A DNA stretch of 64,000 nt from a virus (lineage: Duplodnaviria; Caudoviricetes), in the IMG/VR virus record IMGVR_UViG_3300011577_000001, one strand, 5' to 3'. This document shows, in pieces, positions 15,345 through 25,651 of this stretch. Position 1 is the first letter of the stretch; each line of letters starts with the position of its first letter. A program made the translations under genes and the position numbers. The notes beneath the pieces were generated by a model. That model was not told the DNA's origin. It made no database searches and saw nothing but the letters and a program-made list of their open reading frames with translations.

Positions 15345-18224
15345 TTACTCAGGCGGATTCAACTTTAAGCCATCAAGGCGGATGAAGGGGCGAGGATTCA
15401 ACGTCAACCCAGGCAAACGAGTAATTACTACCATGTCTGCCAGAGCATTCGAATATTCAAAGCCTTCCATCTCACTCGAGAGCGTCAGATTAGGTAGGGG
15501 TTCACCATACTCCAGTCCTTCCATCAACGGGTTCAACTTCAACGCTGTTTCTTCAAACGGCGCGTAGTCAAAGCCATCACAGGACAAGTTTGGAAGAGGC
15601 TCAGCCTCACCATACTCGAATCCTTCCATAACTGGATTGAGGTTCAACGGTTTCTTAGGAGCTGGGTAATCAAACCCTGCAAGCTCTTCAACCAGTTGCA
15701 GGTCTTCGGACTGCTCAGCGTAATCCAAACCGGTCAGGTCAGTTTCCAACTCCTCTACCACCAGCGGTGCTGGGTAGTCAAAGCCAGTTTGGTCTTTGGT
15801 CAGAGCCAACTCAGTACCCAAGTCCTCGTATTGGAACCCGTCCATTTCTGGACGCAGGTCTACTGGAGGAGGCGCCGATGGATAGTCGAAACCATCCAAG
15901 TCTCGTAGCTCGATCTTCGCTTCAAGGAATGGTGAATAGTCAAACCCATTCATCGTCAAGGTGACGATAGGGGACACAGTGCTTGGACGGTAATCGAAGC
16001 CATCCAGATTGACTTTCGCCAACACCTTGTCAATGTGTTTGTATTCTCCGATATTGTGCGGCGGAGTATCTGGGTACAGGTATTCTGGCACCGGCGTCTT
16101 GTTGATGACGTCGTCCAGATCCAAGACCTTAGGCTCTGCGATCGAGAAGTAAACCGTTGGAATAACGTGGCGGACGTAGTAGGCAGTGTAGGCGTCTGCG
16201 CCGAAGTTCACTGTTGGGTCGTAACTCCCAGCATTGTGTTCTTCTGCACCTGTAGACATCTCGAACGTGATGGAATCCAAGTCCGTGATATCAACGTGTT
16301 TACCTGTACCATCCATACCTTGAACGTACACGTTGGCGCTGTGTACTTTCATTCCACCTGCACCGTCACCGGTTTGATCGCCAACACGAATGGCTGACCA
16401 GTTGAGCGCAATCATATTCGTACCGCGCAGCTCTTTGAGGAACTGTACGGTGTAACTGCTCAGTTGAGAGAGCAGACGAATCATGGCGTTCTGGAGTTCT
16501 TCCAGCGACACGGTGACGTGTAAACTGGTGCCCGTGCAAAGTGCTAACAGGTTGTTGTACAACATTTCGAACTCAGCTTGGCCGAAGTTCGTCACATCCA
16601 GTTGATGATCCTTCAACCATTGGTCGTAGGTCACCTTGTCAGCTAAGTTGCACTCCTTGATCATGTACAGGTGGTTGGCCGCTGCTTCTGCTTGGCCACG
16701 CGCGACATGGTGCTCTTGCGTGGTGTACAGCCAGTTATGCTCTCGCCAAGCAGCGTGGATTTCCACACACTTGTTATAGAAAGCATCAACAGACATCATC
16801 TTGTCGATCACTGGTTGATCTCGAAGCATCGCGTTAAGCAATGCGTCGGGAACGTACTGTTGCTCGGTGATCTTGCGCAAGTCTGCGAAGGTAGGCAACA
16901 CTCGCTTACGAACAAAGAACGCGTCAATGTTCGGAACGTATGGCATCTCCTGTCCTAGCGCCCGGTTCAGGGAATAAAGGAACAGGATAAACGCATCTTT
17001 GGCATTCATCCACACCTGGTCACCCGTCAACGGATTGTCGAAGGAGATGATGGTGGTGTAGAGACCCTCGGTTGAGAAGTACAACCAGTGGTTCAACAGA
17101 ACGTCAGAGAACGTGACAGCGTGGTCGTTACTGCGGTCGACCACGGAGGACTCGAGGACTTTCGTCTTGAGTCTGTTCTTCGGACTGTTCTTCATCTTGT
17201 CCGTAACGCTGCGGACTTCCCGATCAGTTTCGTTGTAGTTACCTGGTGCAATACCAGATTCCCGTTCAACGATCCCTTGGACAGTCCACGTGTTTACCGG
17301 GTTACCGCTCGACAGGCGAGACAGCTCTTTTCGCTTGACCTCAATAGTGGGGTATAAGTTGTCCGGTTGATCACTTACGTTATGATGTAGGTTGTATTCC
17401 GATACCGGAAGCATCCTTAAAGTCATCACCTTCTCGACCAACCAGTCGAACGTATCCTGCTTACCAGCGTTGCGTTGGATGTACAGAATGTTCCGGTAGA
17501 AGAAGAGCATCTGCTCTTTGGTCATATGGGTGATGAACTGATCCAGACGCCCATGCGACGCCAAGTACTCTCGGATATGGAAGCTGTGTACTCGCTCCGT
17601 CCGACAGTTCTCAAGTCGTGCGTTCTCGATAATCAGTGGGAGTTCCATGTAGAGCAAAGCCAAGAAGGCGGCCGGGTAAAGGTCGTCAACAATGGCGTAC
17701 TCAGGAATGTCCCAACGAGTGTATCGGGCATCAATCTTTTCTTGAATCTGGTCGATCAGACTGGTTTCGTTCTCCTCTATTAAGGAGCGGTCAATCCAGA
17801 GGATCTTTCCATCAGGGGCATCAATCGCCGTTTGAAGGTCAACTGGGTTGAGGATACCCAAGATCAGGTCTTCCTGGTCAGGGTAACGCTTCACCAATTC
17901 GTTGTAATAGCGAGTCCCGTAAGCGTAAGCTCTCAGGGTATCGCGGTGGATCGCAAGCGTCTCGATGTCGAAGGAAATCTCTTGACGAGTCTCCAATGAC
18001 ACCACAGTCATCTTTGTGTCGGTTGAGTGATAACGCCCAGCTAAATTCAGATAGTATTTCCATGTGGTAGGATCGTCTACGTTGACGTATACCTTCTTCT
18101 CGGACAGACCTGTATTTATAGCGTTAGCACTCGCTTCACTCTTGATGACAATCGTTTTCGCCATCGTGAGGATGGAGTCCACGTAGAGTCTGTAGTAAGC
18201 GTTGGACACGTCACGGTCCTCCAA
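15345..18224 (-). CDS. Large virion/baseplate protein (phiKZ gp128-like) with C-terminal repeat tail
   Basis: TWKYYLNLAGRYH..D motif; divergent from the portal gene as in phiKZ-like phages; likely start is GTG at 18209 after GGAGG. Confidence 0.7.
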   Translation of the reverse strand: MEDRDVSNAYYRLYVDSILTMAKTIVIKSEASANAINTGLSEKKVYVNVDDPTTWKYYLNLAGRYHSTDTKMTVVSLETRQEISFDIETLAIHRDTLRAYAYGTRYYNELVKRYPDQEDLILGILNPVDLQTAIDAPDGKILWIDRSLIEENETSLIDQIQEKIDARYTRWDIPEYAIVDDLYPAAFLALLYMELPLIIENARLENCRTERVHSFHIREYLASHGRLDQFITHMTKEQMLFFYRNILYIQRNAGKQDTFDWLVEKVMTLRMLPVSEYNLHHNVSDQPDNLYPTIEVKRKELSRLSSGNPVNTWTVQGIVERESGIAPGNYNETDREVRSVTDKMKNSPKNRLKTKVLESSVVDRSNDHAVTFSDVLLNHWLYFSTEGLYTTIISFDNPLTGDQVWMNAKDAFILFLYSLNRALGQEMPYVPNIDAFFVRKRVLPTFADLRKITEQQYVPDALLNAMLRDQPVIDKMMSVDAFYNKCVEIHAAWREHNWLYTTQEHHVARGQAEAAANHLYMIKECNLADKVTYDQWLKDHQLDVTNFGQAEFEMLYNNLLALCTGTSLHVTVSLEELQNAMIRLLSQLSSYTVQFLKELRGTNMIALNWSAIRVGDQTGDGAGGMKVHSANVYVQGMDGTGKHVDITDLDSITFEMSTGAEEHNAGSYDPTVNFGADAYTAYYVRHVIPTVYFSIAEPKVLDLDDVINKTPVPEYLYPDTPPHNIGEYKHIDKVLAKVNLDGFDYRPSTVSPIVTLTMNGFDYSPFLEAKIELRDLDGFDYPSAPPPVDLRPEMDGFQYEDLGTELALTKDQTGFDYPAPLVVEELETDLTGLDYAEQSEDLQLVEELAGFDYPAPKKPLNLNPVMEGFEYGEAEPLPNLSCDGFDYAPFEETALKLNPLMEGLEYGEPLPNLTLSSEMEGFEYSNALADMVVITRLPGLTLNPRPFIRLDGLKLNPPE
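15360..16010 (-). repeat. Eleven tandem ~16-20 aa xxG[FL][DEQ]Y peptide repeats plus two degenerate GLxL copies
   Basis: LDGFDY, MNGFDY, LDGFDY, MDGFQY, QTGFDY, LTGLDY, LAGFDY, MEGFEY, CDGFDY, MEGLEY, MEGFEY, then LPGLTLNP and LDGLKLNP. Confidence 0.85.
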
Positions 18225-18258
18225 TCAACTTTCTTAAATTGTCACTGGGAGCGGTAAT

Positions 18259-21144
18259 ATGGGCCCTAACTATGACGCCAACCAGATGCAAATGCTGGGG
18301 CTGGACAGTCAGAAACGGCGTTTCGAAAAACTCGGGCTGTTCAAGAAACGACCCTTGGCGACCGCTGTCGTAAGTAAGCTGGTGCGGGCCGGTACCGATG
18401 TACTGGACATCAACACTGGCCAGAACAACCGTGGCGGTGCAGACATGCCCACCTCGGGCTACCTGAACAAAGTCTCGGACACCACTGCGTCGAACGTCAC
18501 TGACGCAGCCAACTTGTACCAGATGTTGCCTGATACCGAACTGGCAGAACAGATCCTGGTCAGTAGTATTCTGTCCCCGAAGGACATGGTTACTACCGAG
18601 CTGAATTACCTCTGTAATGAGACCTCCTTGAAGGGAGACATCACAGGGGTTCTGTTGGCTGTAGTCGAGGAGTTTTTCACCAAAGTCTATAAAATAGATC
18701 CCCAACTGAAGACGATTCTTTCGGACGTTCTGTTCAAGAAAGGTTCGTACCCAGTCCTGATCATTCCTGAGTCGTCGGTTGATGAAATCATCAACGGTGA
18801 CAAGCCGGGTACAGGTCTGGAATCCCTGAGCGGGAAAGGTTCGGATCTGTTCAACTACAGCATCGGGATCTTGGGTGACTCCAAGTTCGAGGACGGGAAG
18901 AAAGTCCCACGTGGGCGTCAAACGCTCTCGATGGAAGACATGAACCAGTACCTCACGCAAAACTTCCGCATGCTGCGTCCACGTCTGGTGAAGAAAGGTT
19001 TCGATACCAAGATCACCGTCTCGGACAACCCGGACATCCTCAAAGCACCGTTTGCTTACGAGTTACAGCGTCGTACGCATTTGGCCAACACGTTCAAGTC
19101 TCGTGGCTTTGGTATGGAGTCGCAGAACGAAGTAACGCGTGACGATATCCAGATGTCGTTCTACCGCCCACGGACCAACCCAATGCGTCCTGTGGTAGCG
19201 ATGAAGACCAAGGACCAGATCAAGCGTGCTACAGTGGGTCACCCACTGGTCATGCGTCTGCCCTCGGAGTCGATCATTCCGGTACACGTTCCTGGCTCGC
19301 CAGAAGAACACATCGGCTACTTCGTAATCCTCGACCAGACTGGTAACCCAGTCGTGAAGGCCAACCGTTCAGAGTACTACAACGACCTGAACATGAACAT
19401 GACGATCAACAAAGACATGGCATCCCAGTTGATCTCGCAAGGCCAACGTACGGTTGAAGGTTACCAACAACGTTCTGACGTGGACACCGAGGAAGCTACT
19501 CGGATCTACGCACAGCTCGTAGAAGAAGACCTGATCGCTCGTCTGCGCAACGGTATCTACGCCGACAACATCGAGATTGCACGTCCTCTGGAAGTGTACC
19601 GGATCATGCTGGCGCGCACCTTTGCCAACATGTCTACTCAGTTGCTGTTCGTACCGGCTGAACTGGTAACCTACTTCGCCTTTGACTACAACCGTTGGGG
19701 TGTGGGTAAGTCGCTGCTGGAAGACAACAAAATCCTGGCTTCTCTGCGAGTCATGATGATGCTGTCCAACACCATGGCGGCTGTGAAGAACTCGGTACCA
19801 CACACTGGCCTGAACATTACCCTGGACCCGGCTGACCCTGATCCGTCTGGTACAGTGGAGAAACTGGTTCACAACTACACCCAAACTCGTCAAGCCTCGT
19901 ACCCACTGGGTGCGTCGAGTCCGGTGGACATCGTGAACTTCCTCCAGAACGCAGGTGTTGACCTTCATGTTTCTGGTTCTCCGGCCTACCCGGAAACCCG
20001 CATGGAAGTTGAAGACCGTCAGCGTTCGGTAGCCAAGCCTGACACGGATCTGGAAGACAACCTCAAGAAGCAATTCTTGATGTCGCTGGGTCTGTCGCCT
20101 GAAACGGTGGACAACGGTTACAACGTGGAGTTCGCAGCCAGTATCGTGACCTCCAACCTGTTGCTGACCAAACGAGTGATGCTCTACCAAGACCTCTTCA
20201 CTGAGCTGTTGGGCGAGTTCATTCGTAAGTACGTGTTCAACTCGGGTAACCTGCTCGATAAACTGCGCAAGGCTATTGAAGCCAACCGCAAGCTGATCGA
20301 AGTAGAGGACGGTCAAGAAGCACCAGATACCGAATCGATCCTTCACGAATTCGTGAACTCGATTGCAGTGTCCCTGCCGCGTCCTGACTCGATCACCATC
20401 GAACGCCAGATGGAAGCCTACGACAAGTATGTGGAAGCACTCGAGAAGTGCTTGGAAGCCTACTTCTCCTCCGACTTCCTTGACGGTACGGCGATGGGCG
20501 AGCAGCAGGAATCGGTAGATGTTGTGAAAGCAGCCATCCTTGCGCACTTCAAGCGTAAGTGGATGCGTGAGAACAACATGCTTCCTGAACTGGCTGATCT
20601 CGTGACGTTCACCGAAGACGAATCTCCAATGATTGACTTGCTCACTGAGCATACTCAACACATCGACGCTATCGGGGCCAGTATCCAAGGGTACATGATC
20701 AAAGTAGCGGAAGCCCAAGACGCTCGTAACAAACTCACCGAAGCAGTAGAAGCCGACAAACACATCGAAGTAGGTGGTGGCGGTGGTGGTGACTATGGTA
20801 GCTCGGACGACGACTCCGGTGGAGATGACGACATGGGTGACGATGATGGAATGGGTGGGGATGACGAGTTCGGAGGCGACGACTTCGACATGGACTCTGA
20901 CACTGGCGGAGATGACTCCGGCGATGACGCAGACTCCGGTGACGATGAAAGCCTTGAAGTAGACGATGCCGATGCTGCTGGCGCCGCTAGTGCAGGCGGA
21001 GACGGCGGTAACGACAACGGTGGGGATACCGATGAAGATATCGGTGAAGAGGGTTCTCCAGACACTGGTGGTAGCACCGGTTCGCTGAGCGAGTTCTTGG
21101 AATCCACCAAGCAGAAACGTCGCGACAACGAAAACCCGGCATAA
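18259..21144 (+). CDS. Putative portal protein (phiKZ gp129-like) with acidic Gly/Asp tail
   Basis: LPDTELAEQILVSSILSPKD, HPLVMRLPSESIIPVHVPG, GVGKSLLE motifs recalled for this family; synteny. Confidence 0.7.
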   Translation: MGPNYDANQMQMLGLDSQKRRFEKLGLFKKRPLATAVVSKLVRAGTDVLDINTGQNNRGGADMPTSGYLNKVSDTTASNVTDAANLYQMLPDTELAEQILVSSILSPKDMVTTELNYLCNETSLKGDITGVLLAVVEEFFTKVYKIDPQLKTILSDVLFKKGSYPVLIIPESSVDEIINGDKPGTGLESLSGKGSDLFNYSIGILGDSKFEDGKKVPRGRQTLSMEDMNQYLTQNFRMLRPRLVKKGFDTKITVSDNPDILKAPFAYELQRRTHLANTFKSRGFGMESQNEVTRDDIQMSFYRPRTNPMRPVVAMKTKDQIKRATVGHPLVMRLPSESIIPVHVPGSPEEHIGYFVILDQTGNPVVKANRSEYYNDLNMNMTINKDMASQLISQGQRTVEGYQQRSDVDTEEATRIYAQLVEEDLIARLRNGIYADNIEIARPLEVYRIMLARTFANMSTQLLFVPAELVTYFAFDYNRWGVGKSLLEDNKILASLRVMMMLSNTMAAVKNSVPHTGLNITLDPADPDPSGTVEKLVHNYTQTRQASYPLGASSPVDIVNFLQNAGVDLHVSGSPAYPETRMEVEDRQRSVAKPDTDLEDNLKKQFLMSLGLSPETVDNGYNVEFAASIVTSNLLLTKRVMLYQDLFTELLGEFIRKYVFNSGNLLDKLRKAIEANRKLIEVEDGQEAPDTESILHEFVNSIAVSLPRPDSITIERQMEAYDKYVEALEKCLEAYFSSDFLDGTAMGEQQESVDVVKAAILAHFKRKWMRENNMLPELADLVTFTEDESPMIDLLTEHTQHIDAIGASIQGYMIKVAEAQDARNKLTEAVEADKHIEVGGGGGGDYGSSDDDSGGDDDMGDDDGMGGDDEFGGDDFDMDSDTGGDDSGDDADSGDDESLEVDDADAAGAASAGGDGGNDNGGDTDEDIGEEGSPDTGGSTGSLSEFLESTKQKRRDNENPA

Positions 21145-21190
21145 AAGCCAAAAAAAAAGAGCCTGGGGAAACCCGGGCTCTTTATGCCGT
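21138..21190. terminator. Bidirectional terminator
   Basis: GGCATAAAAG..A-run..AGAGCCTGGG-GAAA-CCCGGGCTCT-TTATGCCGT. Confidence 0.8.
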
Positions 21191-21618
21191 CAAACGGCAG
21201 ATAGTAAGTGTTTGCGGTGATCACTGAGAATTCGATGGCGAACAATAGGCGCGATACCTTTGAACACCATAGAAACGTCTCCGTTCTCAGCGTAGTAAAC
21301 ATCAGAATGGCCCACTTCAAATGCTCTTTCAATGGCTTCGACGCAAGTGTTGATTTCATGATCGTGTGCTGCTTTCTGGAAGTAGAAGCTACCGCCAGGC
21401 AACGAGAACAGCACTTGTAGATCATCCGAATGGTGATTGTTGTCATTGATGAAAATGACTGCGCACCCGACAGGGAAACCAATCACGTTAGTCCAGCGTG
21501 ATTCACCCGTAAAGGTTTTACCACGACAGAATGGAATATAGTGGAGAACTTCTTGTCCGAACGATTCATTAATGTCCGTCAAGGCTTCCGGGGTGAAGTG
21601 CATCACAGTTACAGACAT
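21190..21618 (-). CDS. Hypothetical protein
   Basis: 142 aa ORF with AAGG RBS, ending at a terminator. Confidence 0.6.
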   Translation of the reverse strand: MSVTVMHFTPEALTDINESFGQEVLHYIPFCRGKTFTGESRWTNVIGFPVGCAVIFINDNNHHSDDLQVLFSLPGGSFYFQKAAHDHEINTCVEAIERAFEVGHSDVYYAENGDVSMVFKGIAPIVRHRILSDHRKHLLSAV

Positions 21619-21684
21619 AACAAACCTTCTTAGGTTAAATAGTTGAGGGACATAGCGGGAGCCCGAAGGCCCCCGCGTCAGTCA

Positions 21685-23943
21685 TTACAGCTTAACGCTG
21701 CGAACCAGTACAGCTTTCATACCGAGGTAGCCCGGCAGCACTTCCGTCACGCGCCCGTAGACGTCTACGATGTAGTGGCGGCTGAACTTCACGGCCTGAC
21801 CTTTGCAACGATCCAGCAGGGCTACACAGGCAGCGTGCAGTTCTGGTTGGGTCGAGGCTTTTACCGACTGCGCTTGCTCACCGTAGATCTCCACAGACCA
21901 CGGTACGTGAGTCACCGAGAACTTCTCGAAGCGAGCCAGGATGGAGTTCACCTTGGCTTTATTCTCACGAGTCATCTGATCACCCAACTTGCTCAGGTAA
22001 TCCCAGTACTCGTCACCCTTGAGGATGTTGGAGACTGCTTTGATGATGTCTTCCGCACGCTCTTGGTTCAGCAGGGTCCACAACAGACCCATTTGATCTT
22101 CGAGCAGTGCTTCGCCCAGGGATTCGATGTCGGCCACGAAGTTTTCAATTTCGAGGGCGTTACCGTAACCCAGGTTGATGGACAGCGCTTCGTTTACACG
22201 CTCGGTGAGAGCTTCGTTCAGAACGTTGTACAGACGAGCAGTGATCTGCTCACGTTCCATATGGTCAGCCAGGAAGCGTGCTGCGCCCACGAGGGTCGTC
22301 TTCTTGGCCAGTTCCAGCATCACGCCAATCATAGCGCCATCCACAGAGATCGGCTTCATCTCACGGAAGTAGTACTCGCGTACTTTCCCTTCGAAGTTGT
22401 CCGAGCCCAGTTTCAGGACTTCGTTCAGGCACTTGATCTCGGCTTCCTGGAAGGAGTGGGCCTCGATCTCTGTCGGAATGATCTTCACCTCAGGATTCTC
22501 CACAGGTGTCTCGCTGTGGTCCTCAGGATCGACAACCACTTGCGGTTTGTCCAGATCAGCTACTTCACGCCAGTTGGTCGGCACCACCCGCTTGGTTTCA
22601 TCAAGCTGGTACGGCTTACGCTGGCGGATTTCGTGTTGCAGGTATTCCATCTGTTCCATTTCGGCCTCACTGATTTCCTTCACGACTTCTTTCACGATGA
22701 AGGAACCATCGGCTTGCGGTGCACGAATGTGGAACTTCATGTGGGTGAGAGGGTTGAACGCTTCAGGCCATGGATTATCCACGGTCCAGGTGCGATCCCA
22801 GCCGCTGGAATGAGCCGGACGGATCTCGCTGCCGTTTTGCAAGCGCACGTAGTCGAATGGACGTTCCTCGTTGATCGAGTTCTTGTCCACCATACTGTTG
22901 AGGCTTACTTCGCCGCCGGTGGTGGCCTGGGTAGGCTCCACCAAAGGCTCTGGAGTGAGCGCCGCTTGTGCCCGTTGTTTTTCTACTCGCGCAGCGAATT
23001 CTTGCTGCTGCTTGTTCACGGGTTGTTGTGGTTGCACGTTGGTAGTCCCGAAGTCATTGAACATTTCCTCCACGACACCATTGGGCTGACCCGTAGGCTG
23101 CACTGGCCCTTGCGAACTACGGCCACGGGACGACACAAAGGCGTTGGAGGTAGAAGCCGGGGTTTCCTGTTGCACCTGTTGGGGAGCAGGTTCTGCTCCT
23201 TGTGGGCGCAGGGCCGTCCGTCCTTTATACCCCGAGTTAGGGTTATCGTAGACAGCGTTGGCTTGTGCAATGGTACTTTGAGTACCTGCGAAGCGACCCC
23301 AGTTGATGTTGGGGTTACCTGCTGGTTGGCTACCGCCGCCGGAATAAGGCCAGCCAGTACCTTGACGCGCCGCTTGGAACGAGGATTGCTGCTGGTTTCC
23401 AGGCCAGTTGTTGTTGAATTGTTGGTTGGTATTCGGCCACGGGCTCTGTTGGAACTGAGCCTGTTGATTGACCTGTGCTACTGCTTGTTCCAATTGCCCT
23501 TGCCGCTGCAACAGACGCTGGATCTCGGCTTCGATACCGACACCCATCATGTTTTTCACCATCGGGTTTTGCTGCGCGATAGTCGCCGTGTAGCAAGTGA
23601 CGATCTCATTCGCAGCGTTGGCCACGATTTGTTCTTGCGACTGACCTTGGCTAGCGGGCAGTTTCGCCATAGCTTCGGCCAGTTGCGTGGTGCTGTTGAG
23701 CAGCGTGTAGTACGTGTCGTTCTGCCAGGCGTTGTCCGACGCCATGTTGAACATGTAGCAACGCAGAGGGTTTTTCTGCGCATTGTCTTGCAGAAGTTTG
23801 ATCACGTACCCGTTTACGATAGCAGGGAAGTTGTTCTGGAACGGCACCTGGTAGGGTGCTCCCTGTACGTAGTACGTAGGGTTTGGCTCATTAGCAGAGT
23901 ACTGCCGATTACCCATGTTGTTGGATTGGTTGAAGAACGACAT
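21685..23943 (-). CDS. Hypothetical protein with a long Gln/Asn-rich low-complexity region
   Basis: 752 aa, strong codon bias, follows the RNAP subunit gene; hairpin at 21656-21677 downstream. Confidence 0.8.
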   Translation of the reverse strand: MSFFNQSNNMGNRQYSANEPNPTYYVQGAPYQVPFQNNFPAIVNGYVIKLLQDNAQKNPLRCYMFNMASDNAWQNDTYYTLLNSTTQLAEAMAKLPASQGQSQEQIVANAANEIVTCYTATIAQQNPMVKNMMGVGIEAEIQRLLQRQGQLEQAVAQVNQQAQFQQSPWPNTNQQFNNNWPGNQQQSSFQAARQGTGWPYSGGGSQPAGNPNINWGRFAGTQSTIAQANAVYDNPNSGYKGRTALRPQGAEPAPQQVQQETPASTSNAFVSSRGRSSQGPVQPTGQPNGVVEEMFNDFGTTNVQPQQPVNKQQQEFAARVEKQRAQAALTPEPLVEPTQATTGGEVSLNSMVDKNSINEERPFDYVRLQNGSEIRPAHSSGWDRTWTVDNPWPEAFNPLTHMKFHIRAPQADGSFIVKEVVKEISEAEMEQMEYLQHEIRQRKPYQLDETKRVVPTNWREVADLDKPQVVVDPEDHSETPVENPEVKIIPTEIEAHSFQEAEIKCLNEVLKLGSDNFEGKVREYYFREMKPISVDGAMIGVMLELAKKTTLVGAARFLADHMEREQITARLYNVLNEALTERVNEALSINLGYGNALEIENFVADIESLGEALLEDQMGLLWTLLNQERAEDIIKAVSNILKGDEYWDYLSKLGDQMTRENKAKVNSILARFEKFSVTHVPWSVEIYGEQAQSVKASTQPELHAACVALLDRCKGQAVKFSRHYIVDVYGRVTEVLPGYLGMKAVLVRSVKL

Positions 23944-23959
23944 GCTGGGTTAACTCCAC

Positions 23960-25621
23960 CTAAGCGTATTTTGTAAATTGGATTCGTCGTTGTACGTTGT
24001 CGATCAGCTCACGGAACTTCTCGTTCCTGACAACACGATAAGAATCATCGTATTGAACGTAAGGCGAAATGCGCGTACGCCCACTCGGGCTCGCCTTAGG
24101 TAGGTTGTTGTAACTACCCACCTCTACAATCGACGAGTGCAACAATTTGGACGCATCTCCAGCAGAAGACTTCCCGCTGTTGCGACCGTTACCAGTAGCG
24201 CTGGTCTGTGGGACCAGGTTCGACGTGATCTTGAAGTAGAGGTTATCCCCCGGGCTGGAGACCCCCGCAACCTCGCCGTGCTGCCGGTTGATTTTCATGA
24301 TCGCATCTACAGTCAGGTTCCGCCGTAGTGCATTGTTGATTTCCTCTTTGACTTTTGGTTTCCGTACCGCCTTCTGCAAGGCGAATTTGAAGTGAGAAAT
24401 TGCCTTGTTGATATCGAACAAAGCGTAACGCAATACCATCAACTCCTTGTCGTACATCGTGGACTCGACGTTGTCCGACTGGATGACCATCTCTGAGAGC
24501 GCTCCAATGATGAACGCGAACAGTTGGTATATGTCATTTGCGTGGATATTCTCACTGAGAAGGTCAAGCCGCGATCGTTCGTCCAAGGATTCATCCAAGG
24601 ACTCGATGTGGTTGTCAATCTCGTCTGCCAGCTTACCTTCACTTTGCCCTGGGCCGAAGATCAGGTGCCCCAGCAGAATACGCCAGAATCGGGTGCTCTC
24701 AATGAACTCGGGTTCCACACGTTGCGGGAAATGATCCGTAATGTAGAAGAACCCGGCCACCAAACCGATGTTCTGGGTAGTCCATGCCGTACGGCGAATT
24801 GCTAAGCGGATATTCGTTGGAATGTACCCGCTACGTCTTACGCCCCGAAGGCTGCGTGGACAGATCTGCTTGGAGCCACAGATCAGCCACTCTTCCTTCG
24901 GGTAGATGTCGTAATTGATCTCGTCGGGATACCCAACGAAAACGTCCGTGTTCGACATCATTTTAAACGCCTGGCTAACCCCATACTTGCTAAAGAGGTA
25001 GTGCGCCATCGTGTGTTTCGCTGTGATGCGATTTCTGTTTCCTGTTCCCTGCGCAGGGTTTCGATTATAGACCGTCGCCCATGCGACGTTCGCCGTTTCG
25101 TTCCAACTGGTCTCCAGGTTACCCTCGTCGAGATCATAAATACGGAACGTGTGATCCAACCGCTCGAAGGTAAGTTTCGTTACCTGGAGTGGAATAAAGA
25201 TCGTGTTAACGCCATAACTGATAGCACGGTCGGCCAACACGGGGCTGATCGAGAACGTACTACCGCGGATCGTGATCAAACCTGCCTGGGTCATGTAAGG
25301 CAAGTACATATGCGGTTCGTACATAGGTTCCCCATTGTACGTGAACCGATACTTCATCAAGAACAGATTGTTCCGCGCGATGTCAAACACCGGCTTCCCA
25401 CTCCGCTTTGGCGTGACCACGTTGTACTCTTCCTGAGGAGTGCAGCGTGTGCATCCTTCATACCGCAACCCTGGGGGGAAGCTCTTAGAGATACTTCTGA
25501 ACAACCCATCCACGTGACGCTCAACTACCCGCATTTGCTCTACGGCAAGGCCTCTCATGACCTTTTCATTCATACGGGGTATGGCCTTTTCATGAATCCG
25601 GCCAAATAGGAGGTTATCCAT
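23960..25621 (-). CDS. Non-virion RNA polymerase beta-like subunit (phiKZ gp123-like)
   Basis: LPYM..G...IRGS.F.ISPVL resembling the RNAP beta N-terminal region; LHSS..EVGS..LPK..PSG..RISPY; position near the major capsid gene. Confidence 0.75.
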   Translation of the reverse strand: MDNLLFGRIHEKAIPRMNEKVMRGLAVEQMRVVERHVDGLFRSISKSFPPGLRYEGCTRCTPQEEYNVVTPKRSGKPVFDIARNNLFLMKYRFTYNGEPMYEPHMYLPYMTQAGLITIRGSTFSISPVLADRAISYGVNTIFIPLQVTKLTFERLDHTFRIYDLDEGNLETSWNETANVAWATVYNRNPAQGTGNRNRITAKHTMAHYLFSKYGVSQAFKMMSNTDVFVGYPDEINYDIYPKEEWLICGSKQICPRSLRGVRRSGYIPTNIRLAIRRTAWTTQNIGLVAGFFYITDHFPQRVEPEFIESTRFWRILLGHLIFGPGQSEGKLADEIDNHIESLDESLDERSRLDLLSENIHANDIYQLFAFIIGALSEMVIQSDNVESTMYDKELMVLRYALFDINKAISHFKFALQKAVRKPKVKEEINNALRRNLTVDAIMKINRQHGEVAGVSSPGDNLYFKITSNLVPQTSATGNGRNSGKSSAGDASKLLHSSIVEVGSYNNLPKASPSGRTRISPYVQYDDSYRVVRNEKFRELIDNVQRRIQFTKYA

Positions 25622-25651
25622 TGGTTGTTACGCCCCTGTCTATCTATCAAA

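Noticed and set aside
15360-16010. CRISPR-like or DNA-level direct repeat array
   Set aside because: The repeats are conserved at peptide level only and lie in frame in a CDS; there are no identical DNA repeats with spacers.
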